Positions 13,261 through 25,770 of a stretch of 64,000 nt of DNA are shown one piece after another (within the stretch, counting starts at the first letter, position 1; the number at the start of each line of letters is the position of its first letter). The stretch covers positions 78,988,001 to 79,052,000 of the forward strand of contig NC_043003.1 of NCBI RefSeq assembly GCF_006345805.1, in the 5' to 3' direction. Made by a program: the position numbers and the translations under genes. Under the pieces are notes generated by a model. That model ran no database searches and was not told the DNA's origin. It worked only from the letters and a program-made list of their open reading frames with translations. Source of the stretch: Octopus sinensis. Its lineage: Eukaryota.

Positions 13261-14124
13261 TAATATATATATATATATCATATACACACACATATATTTG
13301 AGATGAATGAACACACGTGACAAGTGCTGGAGACGACGGGAGCCGAAGAAATATAGAGAACCAAGTAACCAGAACTGAATGCTGCATGCTGCAAAAGTTG
13401 TTTTTTTTTCTTATATATTTTGCATCCTAAAACACTTGCTATGCATCTCTCACTCTCTAACGCGCATTCCATTACTCTCTTCGTGTCTCTCTCCCGCGCT
13501 CTTCTTACCCTCTCTTTCTCTTTCTTTATCCTTCTCTCGCTCTCTTTCTCTTCCCCTTTTTTTCTATCTGCCTCTCTCTCTCTTTCTTTTTTCTATGAAG
13601 TGTTTGTGTTAAAAAGTAGAAGTATTTCGGAAATGTTATTAAAGAACGGTAATATTCCCAGTTATCAATGGTGCCTAGACAGCCTGGACAACCTGCCAGG
13701 TTTCAGTGGATGGGGAGGGAGGGGGAAGAGGTGTAAGGAGAGGTAGGAGTGGGGGGAAGGAGAGCACACTGGCGGTAGGTGTAGGAACGATGATGGTGAT
13801 GATGATAATGATGATAATGATTATAATAGTTGAGGTGATGATGATGGTGGTGTTGGTGACGACGATGATGATGATGATGATGATGACGACGACGACGACG
13901 ACGTCGATGATGATGAGGAGGATTACGGTGATGCTGACAGCGATGGAAACTTTTTCCAAATGTATTCCTTTACATGTTTATTTGTATTGCTTTGGTTTAC
14001 GCATACATAAATACATACATGCACACGCACGCACACACACACACTCACACACACATACACATATATACACACCTATATATATATATATATATATACATAT
14101 ATATGTGTGTGTATATATATTCAT

Positions 14125-14155
<31 letters not shown>

Positions 14156-14224
14156 AAGAGTTTATTTTCCTTTGCTTATTTATTTCTTTTAATGATCTGT
14201 GAAATTATGATTGGTAAAAGCTGA

Positions 14225-14264
<40 letters not shown>

Positions 14265-14944
14265 CAGAAACCAGAGAAAGAGACAGAGAGGCAGAAGGCA
14301 GAGAGAGCGGCGACAGACAGGGATTAACAACAGGAGTGACCTTCACAGCACACAACAACGCACACAGACACACAGACTGACGATGGTGGCAATGACGGGT
14401 GGGGTGGGGTGGGGGGAGAGGTGACAGGGAACGGTAGGATGGAATAGCAGGAACAGAGGCTGGTACAAACACACGCAGACACACTTGCACAAAGGGACAT
14501 ACACGCACACACGCAAAAAGACACACACACACACACCACACACATATATATATATAAACATGTACGATAAAATAACGAACACCATAAAAACGAATAGGAA
14601 AAAAAACAGAAAAAGATAAAACAACAACAACAACAATAACAATAATAATAATAGTAATAACAGAAGAAGAAGCAAAAACAAAAAGAGAAAGGAAAGTTTT
14701 AACAATAACAACAAGAACCTGTGACTTGAACAAATAGAGAACGCTCAACTGTGTACAGCTGTGATAGCCATCGTCTCTGTACATACATTTGTATGTGTGT
14801 GCGTGTGTGTGCGTGTGTGTGTGTGTGTACGCCCCTGCTCCATTTGGTCAGGAGACAAACAGGCGCCGACTGGAAGCACTAGATGTTGCTAGGTTTGCAA
14901 TATGATAGCCACATGGAAGTACATTCTGTTATGTTGACTGTAGA

Positions 14945-15095
14945 TTATAGAGAGAGAGAGAGAAAAAGATAGATAGATACATAGATAGATAGACAGATGG
15001 ATAGACTGATAGATAGATAGACAGATAGATAGACAGACAGATAGATAGACTGATAGATAGATAGACAGATAGATAGACAGACAGATAGATAGACT

Positions 15096-15149
<54 letters not shown>

Positions 15150-15167
15150 AAGATCAGACAGACAGAC

Positions 15168-15226
<59 letters not shown>

Positions 15227-15465
15227 TAGATAGATAGATAGATAGATAGTAGATAGCTTCGCTAGATAGATAGATAGATAGATAAAATAGATAGTTAGAT
15301 AGATAGATAGATATATAGATAGATAGCATAGATAGAAGAGTAGATAGTAGCTAGATAGATAGATACATGGATAGACAGATAGACAGACAGGATGACAGAC
15401 AGACAAAAAATAGATAGATAGACAGAGACAGACAGAAGATGATAGATCGATAGATAGATAGATAG

Positions 15466-15496
<31 letters not shown>

Positions 15497-15530
15497 GATA
15501 GATAGATAGATAGATAGATAGATACTGTAT
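14945..15530. repeat. (GATA)n/(GACA)n microsatellite array
   Basis: Directly visible; source of spurious SIYL-repeat ORFs. Confidence 0.97.
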
Positions 15531-15729
15531 TTGGAAGAGATAAACGGAAACAAAGTCACCGAGAGAGGAGGAGAGGGGGGAAGAAAGAAAAAGAAAGAGA
15601 TAGAGAGAAAGAGAGCAGAGGAAAACGAACAACTATTAATACCAAAAATAATTAATAATTCGAAAGAAAAACGAAGAAACAAAATAGACTGTGTTCATTG
15701 AGAAACAAAAAGTTATATGTACGTTTGTA

Positions 15730-15979
15730 TGAGTGTTTAGACAAACATACACCCATATATATATATATATATATATACTTATATGAACACTTATGTATGT
15801 ACTTATGTATGAATGTATATATATATATATGTATGAGTGTGTACATATATATACATATACATACATATGCATGTACATATATATGAATATATGTATATAA
15901 AAATATATATATGTGTGTGTGTGTTTGTGTGTACATACATACATGCGTGTGTATATATATATATATATATTATTATAGA

Positions 15980-16011
<32 letters not shown>

Positions 16012-16098
16012 CATAAGATATATACACATTGTATATATATCATGTATACATACATAAATACACACATATAGATATATATCTATCTATATCTATATCTA

Positions 16099-16152
<54 letters not shown>

Positions 16153-16178
16153 GCTAGCTAGCTAGCTATCTATCTCTT

Positions 16179-16229
<51 letters not shown>

Positions 16230-16230
16230 C

Positions 16231-16262
<32 letters not shown>

Positions 16263-16270
16263 ATATATTA
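15730..16270. repeat. Mixed (TA)n/(TG)n/(TCTA)n/(CA)n microsatellite
   Basis: Directly visible. Confidence 0.95.
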
Positions 16271-16493
16271 TATATATATATATATAGGTATCTGCCAACT
16301 TATGGAAACGTTGCGTTCCTGAAATTTTTCTGTAACGCGGAACTTATTTGATACACGGAAGTCAATAAACATAGATTTGACTATACATTTCATTTTACAA
16401 GTCTTCTGCTTACGATGACACCTTTAGGTATGCAACGCTTCCGTAATGCGCTTCATACCGGCATACATAGATGTGTGTGTTTGTGTGTGTGTG

Positions 16494-16544
<51 letters not shown>

Positions 16545-16630
16545 TGTGTGACATAGGAAACGTGTGCAAATGTCATAGGAAACGCCCTTTCCTCCAAACT
16601 CAACAAGTGAAGAGAGTAAGAACTACCAAA

Positions 16631-16770
16631 GGCGCGGACGAGGCTATTTGGAAGAAAGTCTGCTTCCCAACTGCATAGATTTATGTTCAGTTTCACTGTG
16701 TGGTACCTTGTGTACTATAGCTTTCGATCGACGAAAGCCTTGAGTGGATTTGGAACGAAGCCTATCATAT
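16631..16770 (+). mobile_element. SINE family B 5' half, degenerate
   Basis: GGCGC..GAGGCT head...GCCTTGAGTGGATTTGG then (TA)n. Confidence 0.65.
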
Positions 16771-16840
16771 ATATATATAGGGGTGAATTCACAAAAAAAA
16801 AAACAAAAGACGAAGACAGGTGGTGTTCCAATCATCTGAA

Positions 16841-17560
16841 ATGGAACTGTCAAAGCGCAATATTCGAGCAATTTTGCTTTTCAACTTCAGAAAAAGAGGT
16901 AAAGCAGATGAAACTGATCGTGATATCAAGGAAATGTTTGGTGAGGAAAATGACCAGTGGGTGGTCAGCTCGAAAATGGTTTAAACGATTTCGCAGAGGA
17001 GACCTGAACCTTGAAGATCCTGAGCATAGTGGACGCCCATCTATCAACGATGACAGTCAATTAAAGACCGTCATTGAGAAAGATCCATGTAAAACCACTC
17101 GAGAACTGGTAAAAGAACTTCAAGTTAGCCAGAAAACTGCCTGCAACTATCTGCATGCGATTGGAATATCAAAAAAGCTCGACAAACGGGTTCTACACAA
17201 TTTGAATGTAAATCAGAAAATGCGCTTCTTCTCCGTAACCAGACCGATTTATTTCTCCACCGTATTGTAACTTGCGATGAAAAGTGGATTCTGTACAATA
17301 ATTAAAAACGTTCTTCGCAGTGGTTGAACCAAAATGAAGCACCGAAAACCTTCCCTAAACCGAAGCTCTTCAAAAAGAATGTGATGGTGATTGTTTGGTG
17401 GTGTACTGCTGGATTCATCCGCTATAACGTCTTAAAACCCGGAAAAACCATTACTGCAGAAACATGTTGCTATGAAATTGCCAAAATGAACGAAGAACTG
17501 CTACTCCTCCGTCCTAGACTGGTCAACAGATGAGGGTCAATCAATATTCATAACAATACT
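16841..17560 (+). pseudogene. Mariner (DD34D) transposase remnant, frameshifted and 3'-truncated
   Basis: Translations MELSKRNIRAILLFNFRK, ARKWFKRFRRGDLNLEDPEHSGRPS, RIVTCDEKWILYNN, KKNVMVIVWW are hallmark mariner blocks; stops and frameshifts. Confidence 0.92.
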
Positions 17561-17736
17561 TACATTAATGAATAAAATTTTTACATTATTGAAATGTATT
17601 GTGATGAATTGCATGTTTCAAAACGTTATATATATATATATATATATGCATGGAAGTCTGATGGCAATCTCTAGTTGTTCGAGAAAAACGGTTCTGCAAT
17701 TTCCTGCCGAACAACCTGCACAGATGATTTGCTTAT

Positions 17737-17901
17737 AGGCGCAGGAGTGGCTGTGTGGTAAGTAGCTTGCTAACCAACCACATGGTTCCGGGTTCAGTCC
17801 CACTGCGTGGCATCTTGGGCACGTGTCTTCTGCTATAGCCCCGGGCCGACCAATGCATTGTGAGTGGATTTGGTAGACGGAAACTGAAAGAAGCCTGTCG
17901 T

Positions 17902-17941
<40 letters not shown>

Positions 17942-18165
17942 TTGTGTGTCTGTGTTTGTCCCCCTAGCATTGCTTGACAACCGATGCTGGTGTGATTACG
18001 TCCCCGTCACCTAGCGGTTCGGCAAAAAGAGACCGATAGAATAAGTACTGGGCTTACAAAGAATAAGTCCCGGGGTCGATTTGCTCGACTAAAAAAAAGG
18101 CGGTCCTCCAGCATGGCCGCAGTCAAATGACTGAAACAAGTAAAAGAGTAAAAGAGTAAAGAGAG
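17737..18165 (+). mobile_element. SINE family B, full length, low divergence
   Basis: AGGCGCAGGAGTGGCTGTGTGG head to (TAAAAGAG)n tail. Confidence 0.93.
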
Positions 18166-18382
18166 TAAATCCTTGAGCTGCACATTAGCTTCCTCCCTTC
18201 ATTATTAAATCGACGTTAGCTTAACAGTTGCAGGATATACCACATGTCATGTATCGAAGTTATCGCAAAGCAAAATGAGATAACGTGTTTTGCACAAGAG
18301 CAAAACTCGCCACTCGTTCCAAGAATTGACAACACGATCCACAACTACTGAACCACGCATGTATGTGTGGACAAAGAAATTA

Positions 18383-18530
18383 CTGTGTGGTAAGAAGCCT
18401 GCTTTCCAACCACATGGTTCCGAGTTCAGTCCCACTGCGTGGCACCTTGGGCGTGTGTGCTACTCCAAACACGGGCCGACTACAGCTTTGTGAGTGGATT
18501 TGGTAGACGAAAACTGAAAGGAACCCGTCG
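18383..18530 (+). mobile_element. SINE family B 5' half
   Basis: CTGTGTGGTAAGAAG...ACCTTGGGCGTG...GAAAACTGAAAGGAACCCGTCG. Confidence 0.85.
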
Positions 18531-18563
18531 TATGTATGTATGTGTATATATGCATAAGACAGA

Positions 18564-18611
<48 letters not shown>

Positions 18612-19104
18612 ATGTATGTATGTATGTATGTATGTATAAATGTATATATGCGTATACATATGTATATATGTGTAAAGTTCACTCACACATGCACAAAAAC
18701 AGCCAACACCAGACAAACACCACACACACACAGATTGCGCGCACGCACATACCCACACATACCTCTTCTTACACTCTCCTATCTTAGAAAGAACTTTTTC
18801 TTCACCCTTTCCCTTCCGGTCATTTCAAAATGTAACCACATGTGAATCGTTGGCGATGTTTTACCTCCGTTTTCCTTTTCTCTTGGACTTTCTTCCGTCT
18901 CGTGCTTCGAAGGAAAAATTACTTTGAACGCGTGAGAACAACGGCTTAAGAAAGAGATAGGAAGCCGTCTACATTTGTTGAAGGCTGTGGTCAGAAAGAC
19001 AGATGGCCTCTGGTCACATGTCAGCGACGCGAGGGAGAAGGAGGAGGAGTAGTAAGAGAAAGGGAACGGTGAAAGGGAGAGAATGGTAGAGAAAACCAGA
19101 AAGA

Positions 19105-19265
19105 AGGCGCACGCAGGCGTGGCTGTGTGGTAAGAAGCTTACTTCTCAACCACATGACCGGGTTCAGTCCTGCCTCGTGACACTTTGGGCAAGTATTTTC
19201 TGCTATAGCCTGGGCCAACCAAAGCGTTGTGAATGAATTTGGTTGACAGAAACTGAAAGAAATCC
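19105..19265 (+). mobile_element. SINE family B 5' half
   Basis: GGCGTGGCTGTGTGGTAAG...CTTTGGGCAAGT...GAAACTGAAAGAA. Confidence 0.85.
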
Positions 19266-19356
19266 TGATCACGCAGCAGGACTGAACCCAGGACCATGTG
19301 GTTGAGAACTAAACTTTTTAACATACAGCCTCGCCTGCGCCTATATATATATATAA

Positions 19357-19584
19357 GGCGGCGAGCTGGCAGAAACGTTAGCACGCCGGGCGAAATGCGT
19401 TGCCGTATTTCGTCTGCCGTTACGTTCCGAGTTCAAATTCCGCCGAGGTCGACTTTGCCTTTCATCCTTCCGGGGTCGATAAATTAAGTACCAGTTACGC
19501 ACTGGGTCGATGTAATCGACTTAATCCGTTTGTCTATCCGTGTTTGTCTCCTCTGTGTTTAGCCCCTTGTGGGTAGTAAAGAAA

Positions 19585-19585
<1 letters not shown>
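19357..19585 (+). mobile_element. SINE family A (A1 tail), young copy
   Basis: GGCGGCGAGCTGGCAGAAACGTTAGC...GGGTAGTAAAGAAAT between (TA)n tracts. Confidence 0.93.
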
Positions 19586-19617
<32 letters not shown>

Positions 19618-19619
19618 TG

Positions 19620-19830
19620 CATGTATGTGTTGGACCGCTCCACCAACGCTCGTCAGCCGGTGTTGGTGTCTTTACGAGCCCTTACTTTTACGGTTCGACA
19701 AAAGATACTGACAGAATAAGTAGTTGGCTTTGAGAAATAAGTCCTAGGGTCGCTTTGTTCGCCTAAAACCCTTCAAGATGGTGCACAAGCATTGCCACAG
19801 TCATAAATGACTGAAACACCTAAAAGATAG
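19620..19830 (+). mobile_element. SINE family B 3' half, degenerate
   Basis: GCCGGTGTTGGTGT...GGTTCGACAAAAGA...AAATGACTGAAAC. Confidence 0.75.
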
Positions 19831-20531
19831 ACACAAACACACACATACACACACGCACACCACCACCACCACCACCACACCACACCACACCACACCACAC
19901 ACATACACACACACACACCACATACACATACAGACACATACACACCACCATCACCACCACACCATACACCATTGATCGCAGTACTAACGGTGGTGCGTGA
20001 TTCTTGTAGTAGTTGTGTTGGCGATGATGGTGCTAGTGGTATTGTTGGTTTTGGTGGTGGCAATAGTGTGAGGGTGTGATGGTGATATGGGTATTAGTAT
20101 GGTGGTGTTGATGCAGATGGTCGCCGTGGTAGTGCTAAGAAAACAAACTTGCATTTGGATAAAAAATTGTTTTGCTTTGTGAATTCCTTATTTTTGCTAT
20201 TTATATATTTTAGTAAATTTTATTTTCCGGAAAGGTGAATTATTTTTATTCCAAAAGCAAAGTGATCCTTTGTCTGGTGACAGGAAGGGCTGGGACGGAG
20301 AAGGAGGGGTAGGAATCAGAAGCGATACCAGAATAAAAGAATGTCTAGGATTTCTTAAATGCTAACAGATATTCGTATCCTAAAATCACATAAAAAGGCA
20401 ATTTATACGTACATACAAAAATCCTTATTACATACATGTGCGTGCGCATGTACACACACATACATACACATACACACATACTCATAAATACACATAAACA
20501 CACACATATTTGTATACATGTATTTATACAT

Positions 20532-20915
20532 AGGCGCAGGCGTGGCTGCGTGGTAAGAAGCTTACTTCACAATCACATGGTTCCGGGTTCAGTCCCAATG
20601 CGTGGCAAGTGTCTTCCCAAGCCTTGTGAGTGGATTTGGTGGAGGGAAACTGAAAGAAGCTCGTCGTGTATATATATGTGTGTGAGTGTGTGTGTGTGTG
20701 TGTCTTTGTGTCTATGTTTGTCACCCCCACCATCGCTTGACAACCGATGTTGGCGTGTTTAGGTTCCTGTAACTTAGCGGTTCGGCAAAAGAGACCGATA
20801 GAATGCGTACATGGCTTACAAAGAATAAGTCCTGAGGTCGATTTCTTCGACTAAAAAAACCCTTTAAGGCGGTGCTCCAGCATGGCCGCAGTCAAATGAT
20901 TGAAACAAGCAAAAT
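20532..20915 (+). mobile_element. SINE family B with internal deletion in the core
   Basis: Head, (TG)n, tail present; core shortened. Confidence 0.88.
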
Positions 20916-20971
20916 AATATATATATATATATATATAAAGGCAATTCATACGTACATACAAAAGTTCTTGT

Positions 20972-21019
<48 letters not shown>

Positions 21020-21056
21020 TAAACACACACACACACACATACACACATATATACAC

Positions 21057-22215
21057 CTCCACACTTCTTCGTCTGGCCGAACTTGTTCTCTCCCTCAACA
21101 GCTTCTCGTTCGCGGAGGATTTTTACCAACAGGTCTCAGGAATGGCCGTCGGAACGAGAATGGTCCCCAGCTATGCGAACCTGTTCAATGTCTACGTTGA
21201 GGCACTGGTGCCACTCCCGATGACTGAATCGGTACGACCTCACTCTCCCGCGAATAACTAGACTCCTTCCTCTCTTTTATCCAATCCTTCTATCCTGACC
21301 TCGAATTCTCCTTCACAATTTCCAATACTTCCCTCGCATATCTCGACATTTCTGTCAACATACGCCATTCCGCTCTCACTACCTCTATACACTACAAACA
21401 CACCGACTCACACTCCTGCCTTAACCTCTCCTCTTCCTACCCTACCACACCAAGCTCTCCATCCCCATACGCCCAATTCCTCCGTCTGCGCAGGCTCTGC
21501 AGTGACAACCATGACTTTGAGACTCAGTCTCAACTCATGGCTCACCACTTCATCCTTTGTGGATATCCCATCACCACCATCCACACAGCCCTTGCCAGAA
21601 CACGTTCCGTGGACCGTGCCTCTGCTCTCTCTCCCCACACCCGCCCCATCGGTGCCCGTCTCCCGTTTGCCTTCACCTGTCACCCCTCCACCCTGCCCCT
21701 CCAACGCTTCATTCTCCGAGCCTTCCGGTGACTCCAGTCCGACCCCTCCACCTCGCACACCTCGCACATCTTCGTCCTTCAAACGAGCCCACAACCTGCG
21801 TGACCTCTTGGCCCACAACTTCTTCCCTAACCTCACCTCCCAACCTAGCTTGTTCCCTGCTCTCGCCCACGCTGCCGCACTTGCCCCTACCTCTCCAACA
21901 CCACCATCCTCACAGGCACCCATCATCGTCCCTATCATATCACCGACTCCTTTACCTGCACTTCTAACAACGTCATTTACTGCATCTCCTGCTCTTTCTG
22001 CCCTTCTCTGTACATCGGTCAAACGGAGTGCCGCTTGGCTGACCGGTTGGAGACATCAGACTCCGCAATGACACCCCTGTCTTGCGCCATTTCCGCTCTA
22101 CTGGTCATTCAATACAACACCTGTATGTGTTTGGATTGTCTTTGCACAAGGGCCATCCGAACTCCCGCCTTCGCCGTGAACAGGAATTAATCTTTTCTCT
22201 TCGCTCCTTTGCGCC
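21057..22215 (+). pseudogene. Penelope-like element: decayed reverse transcriptase + GIY-YIG endonuclease
   Basis: Frames give LLRLAELVLSLNSFSFAEDFYQQVSGMAVGTRMVPSYANLF; DD*IG (21218); LAYLDISV..HYKHTDSHSCL..KLSIPYAQFLRLRRLCSD; TDSFTCTSNNVIYCISCSFCPSLYIGQTECRLADR - PLE RT/thumb and GIY-YIG signatures. Confidence 0.93.
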
Positions 22216-22953
22216 ATATAGGCTCAGCTTCCCTTCTTTCTTCATCTGACTCCTCTCTTCATCTGACAGCTACTCCCTCTCTTCACTCCTACTCACCTCT
22301 CTTACTCTGACACCTACTTCCTCCCTTCACTCCTACCCACCTTCTCTCTTCAGTGACACCCCCTCCACCCACCCCACATACACACCATACACACCCCACC
22401 ATCACCCCACATCCCACACTACACCCCATACCACACCACACTACCTCATCACCACATCACCACACCACATCACACAACCCCACACCACTCCACATACACT
22501 AGCACTGACCACTTCTCAGGACCCAGACCACACACCATCATCCACACACCTCCAGACTATCATCCTCACCCTGCACACCATTATCCACGAACCGACACGC
22601 TACAGACGCTCGCACACACGCACACATCCACATACGTCAAAGTCAATCACCCCTATGCATCCCCACACACACATTCTCACATACACACACACACGCACGC
22701 ACACATTCGTTTTGGGATTACCAATACTGTGTTATATTCCCTTCTTTCTACATTTCCTCTCAAACCTTTTTTTTCCAACCAGTCGCCATGCTTGACCACT
22801 AAATCCACAAGTTTTTTAAAATTCTCTCTCTGTTCATTTTCTCTTATTCCTTTCTGTTGAAGAGCGTAGGCTCGAAACGTAAAAGACTTTCTCACTTTCC
22901 CGCTTGTTGTTCATACACCTGTCGTCGTCTTTTGTTTTTCTGTAAATTTCAAC

Positions 22954-22965
<12 letters not shown>
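22215..22965 (+). mobile_element. Penelope-like element 3' region / pseudo-LTR ending in (TA)n
   Basis: Follows the GIY-YIG remnant; contains the HHR motif; terminal segment homologous to 37922-38160 (minus) and to end fragments near 16780-16830 and 33845-33890. Confidence 0.75.
22850..22885 (+). ncRNA. Minimal hammerhead ribozyme motif with CUGUUGA (A6U) core
   Basis: CUUU-CUGUUGA-A-GAGC(GUAG)GCUC-GAAA-CG-UA-AAAG; helices I and II perfect, palindromic ACGU helix III. Confidence 0.8.
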
Positions 22966-23001
<36 letters not shown>

Positions 23002-23058
23002 CATAAATAGTGGAGGTATAAGAGGTGAATACCTTTATTTGACCATTTGATATCCGTA

Positions 23059-23092
23059 GGATTACGGCCGTTTCGCAGCCTTCATCATGTAG
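23059..23092 (-). ncRNA. Degenerate hammerhead-like motif
   Basis: AUGAUGA-A-GGCUGC-GAAA-CGGCCG-UA: palindromic ACGGCCGU helix III and GUA triplet, but C3 lost, helix II collapsed and helix I unpaired. Confidence 0.45.
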
Positions 23093-24264
23093 TAATAATT
23101 TCAGTGTATAATAAATTGTTTACATGCCTGTTCTAATGTACATGTCCCGCATTATACAGTACAATTGCATGTTTACAAAACGGTGCAAATAAAGAAAGCT
23201 AGCTTATCAGATCACGAGAACATCATGGTTACACCAATGCTTCAATTGTAAGTATGCATGCACAATATTCTCTTTATATATACAATGTATAAAAGACCGA
23301 TACCAGATAAAATCAGCATGGTATGGTCATTAAAGATAAATGTATTTTGAAATGTGGAAAGCTTCTAACAATGCAGATATGAAAGTTGAAGAACTTTCAT
23401 AAATTTCGGGCGCAAAGACCCACCTTCAGAAGAGTGTTGTCAAAGAAATGCGTGTTTATGTAGATCCTGCCATTTGGATAGGCGGATGGGCAGTGATCCC
23501 GTTTTAGTCCGGTACTTGTGCTAATAGAAACAGCTCCCTTTATATCAATTAAAGTGCAGGATCTAAGTGTGGGGAATTGATCACCCTTGATGTTCGCAAA
23601 AAAAAGGAAAGGATAAGAAGTAGTTATAGTAAAAGTAAAACAAAATAATATTAAGCATATAAAGGTACATATAAGAAAAGTTATATACTTGAATTCAATA
23701 GGGAACAGGCATCTGGAGATATAAAGATGAAACCAGGAGAAAGTATGGAACAACAGTTATTTTCAAATATTGTTTAAAGGTCAAAAGACTTCAAAATACT
23801 CTCTATCTCAATAAACTGTAGCGAAACCAAAACAATACCCACGCCTACATAGAAGCAAATACATATAAGCATCGACTTACTAAAAAACACAGAACCACAC
23901 TCGAACAGCTGTATATCCATACACCCTTTGATGACTATACAGATGACACGAAGACATATTTGTAGACACACAAACATATGTATATATGCACATAAGTATA
24001 AACTCCTTATTTCATCAAATTTGCCATGACGGCATCAAGTATAAACTCATATACACATAAATACATACAAAAACATACATATACACGCAATAAAAAAATT
24101 TAATACATATACATATAAATGTATGTTTAAGAATACAGGCATGCATGTACCTATAGACACATATATATATACATGCATGTATAGATACAAGTACAAAGTA
24201 CATATATACATTGTAAATCTTGTGCAAGTACCTACCTACATGCATATAAGTATGTATATAAATG

Positions 24265-24318
<54 letters not shown>

Positions 24319-24423
24319 CCGGAGTAAACACATAAATGTGAAACAAGGTGGAAAAAAGAGTACTCAAATACCAGTGGTAGAGTAATATGCTTTATTTAAA
24401 AGCAACAGAAAATTCAACAAAAC

Positions 24424-24461
24424 CTGTTACTCTGAGTTTCACGTTCCCATTCGTCGGACAG
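24424..24461 (-). ncRNA. Minimal hammerhead motif, CCGACGA core (left arm)
   Basis: CUGU-CCGACGA-AUG(GGAA)CGU-GAAA-CUCAGAG-UA-ACAG. Confidence 0.75.
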
Positions 24462-24486
24462 TTTTTGCTAGAATTGCTAGCAAAAA

Positions 24487-24524
24487 CTGTCCGACGAACG
24501 GGAACGTGAAACTCAGAGTAACAG
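24487..24524 (+). ncRNA. Minimal hammerhead motif, CCGACGA core (right arm)
   Basis: CUGU-CCGACGA-ACG(GGAA)CGU-GAAA-CUCAGAG-UA-ACAG; GNRA-capped helix II, near-palindromic ACUCAGAGU helix III. Confidence 0.8.
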
Positions 24525-24600
24525 GTTTTGTTGAATTTTCTGCTGCTTTTAAATAAATTTTAGTTCATTGTTTAAACCTCGCCAAGATAAATATTTAAAC

Positions 24601-24664
24601 CACCTGATGAATGACTGTGACTTGAAAAATTAAAGAAATTAACAGCCATGAAACGATCGTAGTG
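24601..24664 (+). ncRNA. Minimal type I hammerhead ribozyme, canonical core
   Basis: CAC-CUGAUGA-AUGACUGU(23 nt)ACAGCCAU-GAAA-CGAUCG-UA-GUG; helix II 7/8 pairs, palindromic ACGAUCGU helix III. Confidence 0.8.
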
Positions 24665-24791
24665 ATATATTAATTATATTTTTTTAATAATTTTGTTATA
24701 TATTTAAATAATATAAATTAAATAATCTTATGTATTGGCTTAAGTTTTTTCATTGTATGATTTGCCTAATAGTGGTGTTGTCTCTAATTTA

Positions 24792-24794
<3 letters not shown>

Positions 24795-24865
<71 letters not shown>

Positions 24866-24868
24866 TAT

Positions 24869-24932
<64 letters not shown>
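24795..24932. repeat. (TA)n + (GATA)n microsatellite
   Basis: Directly visible. Confidence 0.95.
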
Positions 24933-25009
24933 TTTACTTCTGCTTCCTCTTTGGCCTTACGTCATTAAGTCTGTTTTGTTGTTTTTTTTCTCGTTCATTT
25001 AAATATACT

Positions 25010-25400
25010 AATATCCTTATTTCCGCTTCCTGTCTCATTCCCATCTTTTGTTTACTTCCGCTTCGTATCTTATTCTTTCAAACAACCGCATGTCCTTATT
25101 TCCATTTCATATCTCATTTTTTTCAAACAGCAGTTTCTTTTAACTCCGCTTACTGCTTCGTTTTTATCAAACATACTTATGTCCTTACTCCCGCTTCTTC
25201 CCGCGTTCTTTCAAACAACTGTATGCCTTTATTTCCGCTTTCTCTTTTGTTCTATCAAACATCAATTCGTAATTATTCCTCTTTCTCTCTCTTTTATACA
25301 TTTCCCTATTCTTACACCAACTTCCTGTCCCGTTCTTCCAAATACCATTATGTTTACATTTCCGCTTAATGCCTTGTTCTTTCCAATATCAGTTTATCTT
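25010..25400. repeat. Degenerate ~44-bp minisatellite
   Basis: TCAAAC recurs at 25078, 25123, 25167, 25211, 25255; (T/C)CCGCTT motif recurs in register. Confidence 0.7.
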
Positions 25401-25624
25401 TAGTTCTTTTTAAATATTATTAATTTTTTTTTGTTTTGTTTAAAAATAAACAATAAGTGAAAAACAAATGAACAAACGGATCAACATCAGCATTAAAGGA
25501 AAGATTTACTACAGACACGCATACACACACATAATCATCATTATCATAATCATAGTCGTCATCATTTAGTGAGAAAGAACGAAATCAAGTTAAAGATAAT
25601 TACTATCCGCTCAGTCGAAGTCGG

Positions 25625-25770
25625 TTACTCGATGGATCAGTGTCCATTCCGGTATCACTCTTGATGATGTCAAGCCAGCGGTTTCTTGGTCGGCCTCTTC
25701 CTCTCTTACCACTGACCATTCCGAGCATGATGTCCTTCTCCAGGGATTTTCTCCGCATAATATGACCTAG
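25625..25770 (-). pseudogene. RTE-clade LINE, C-terminal fragment
   Basis: Translation LGHIMRRKSLEKDIMLGMVSGKRGRGRPRNRWLDIIKSD is the RTE/BovB-type C-terminal motif. Confidence 0.88.

Larger units (their letters stand above)
24391..24557. repeat. 81-bp inverted repeat, 5-bp spacer (2 mismatches)
   Basis: 24391-24471 is the reverse complement of 24477-24557. Confidence 0.97.
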
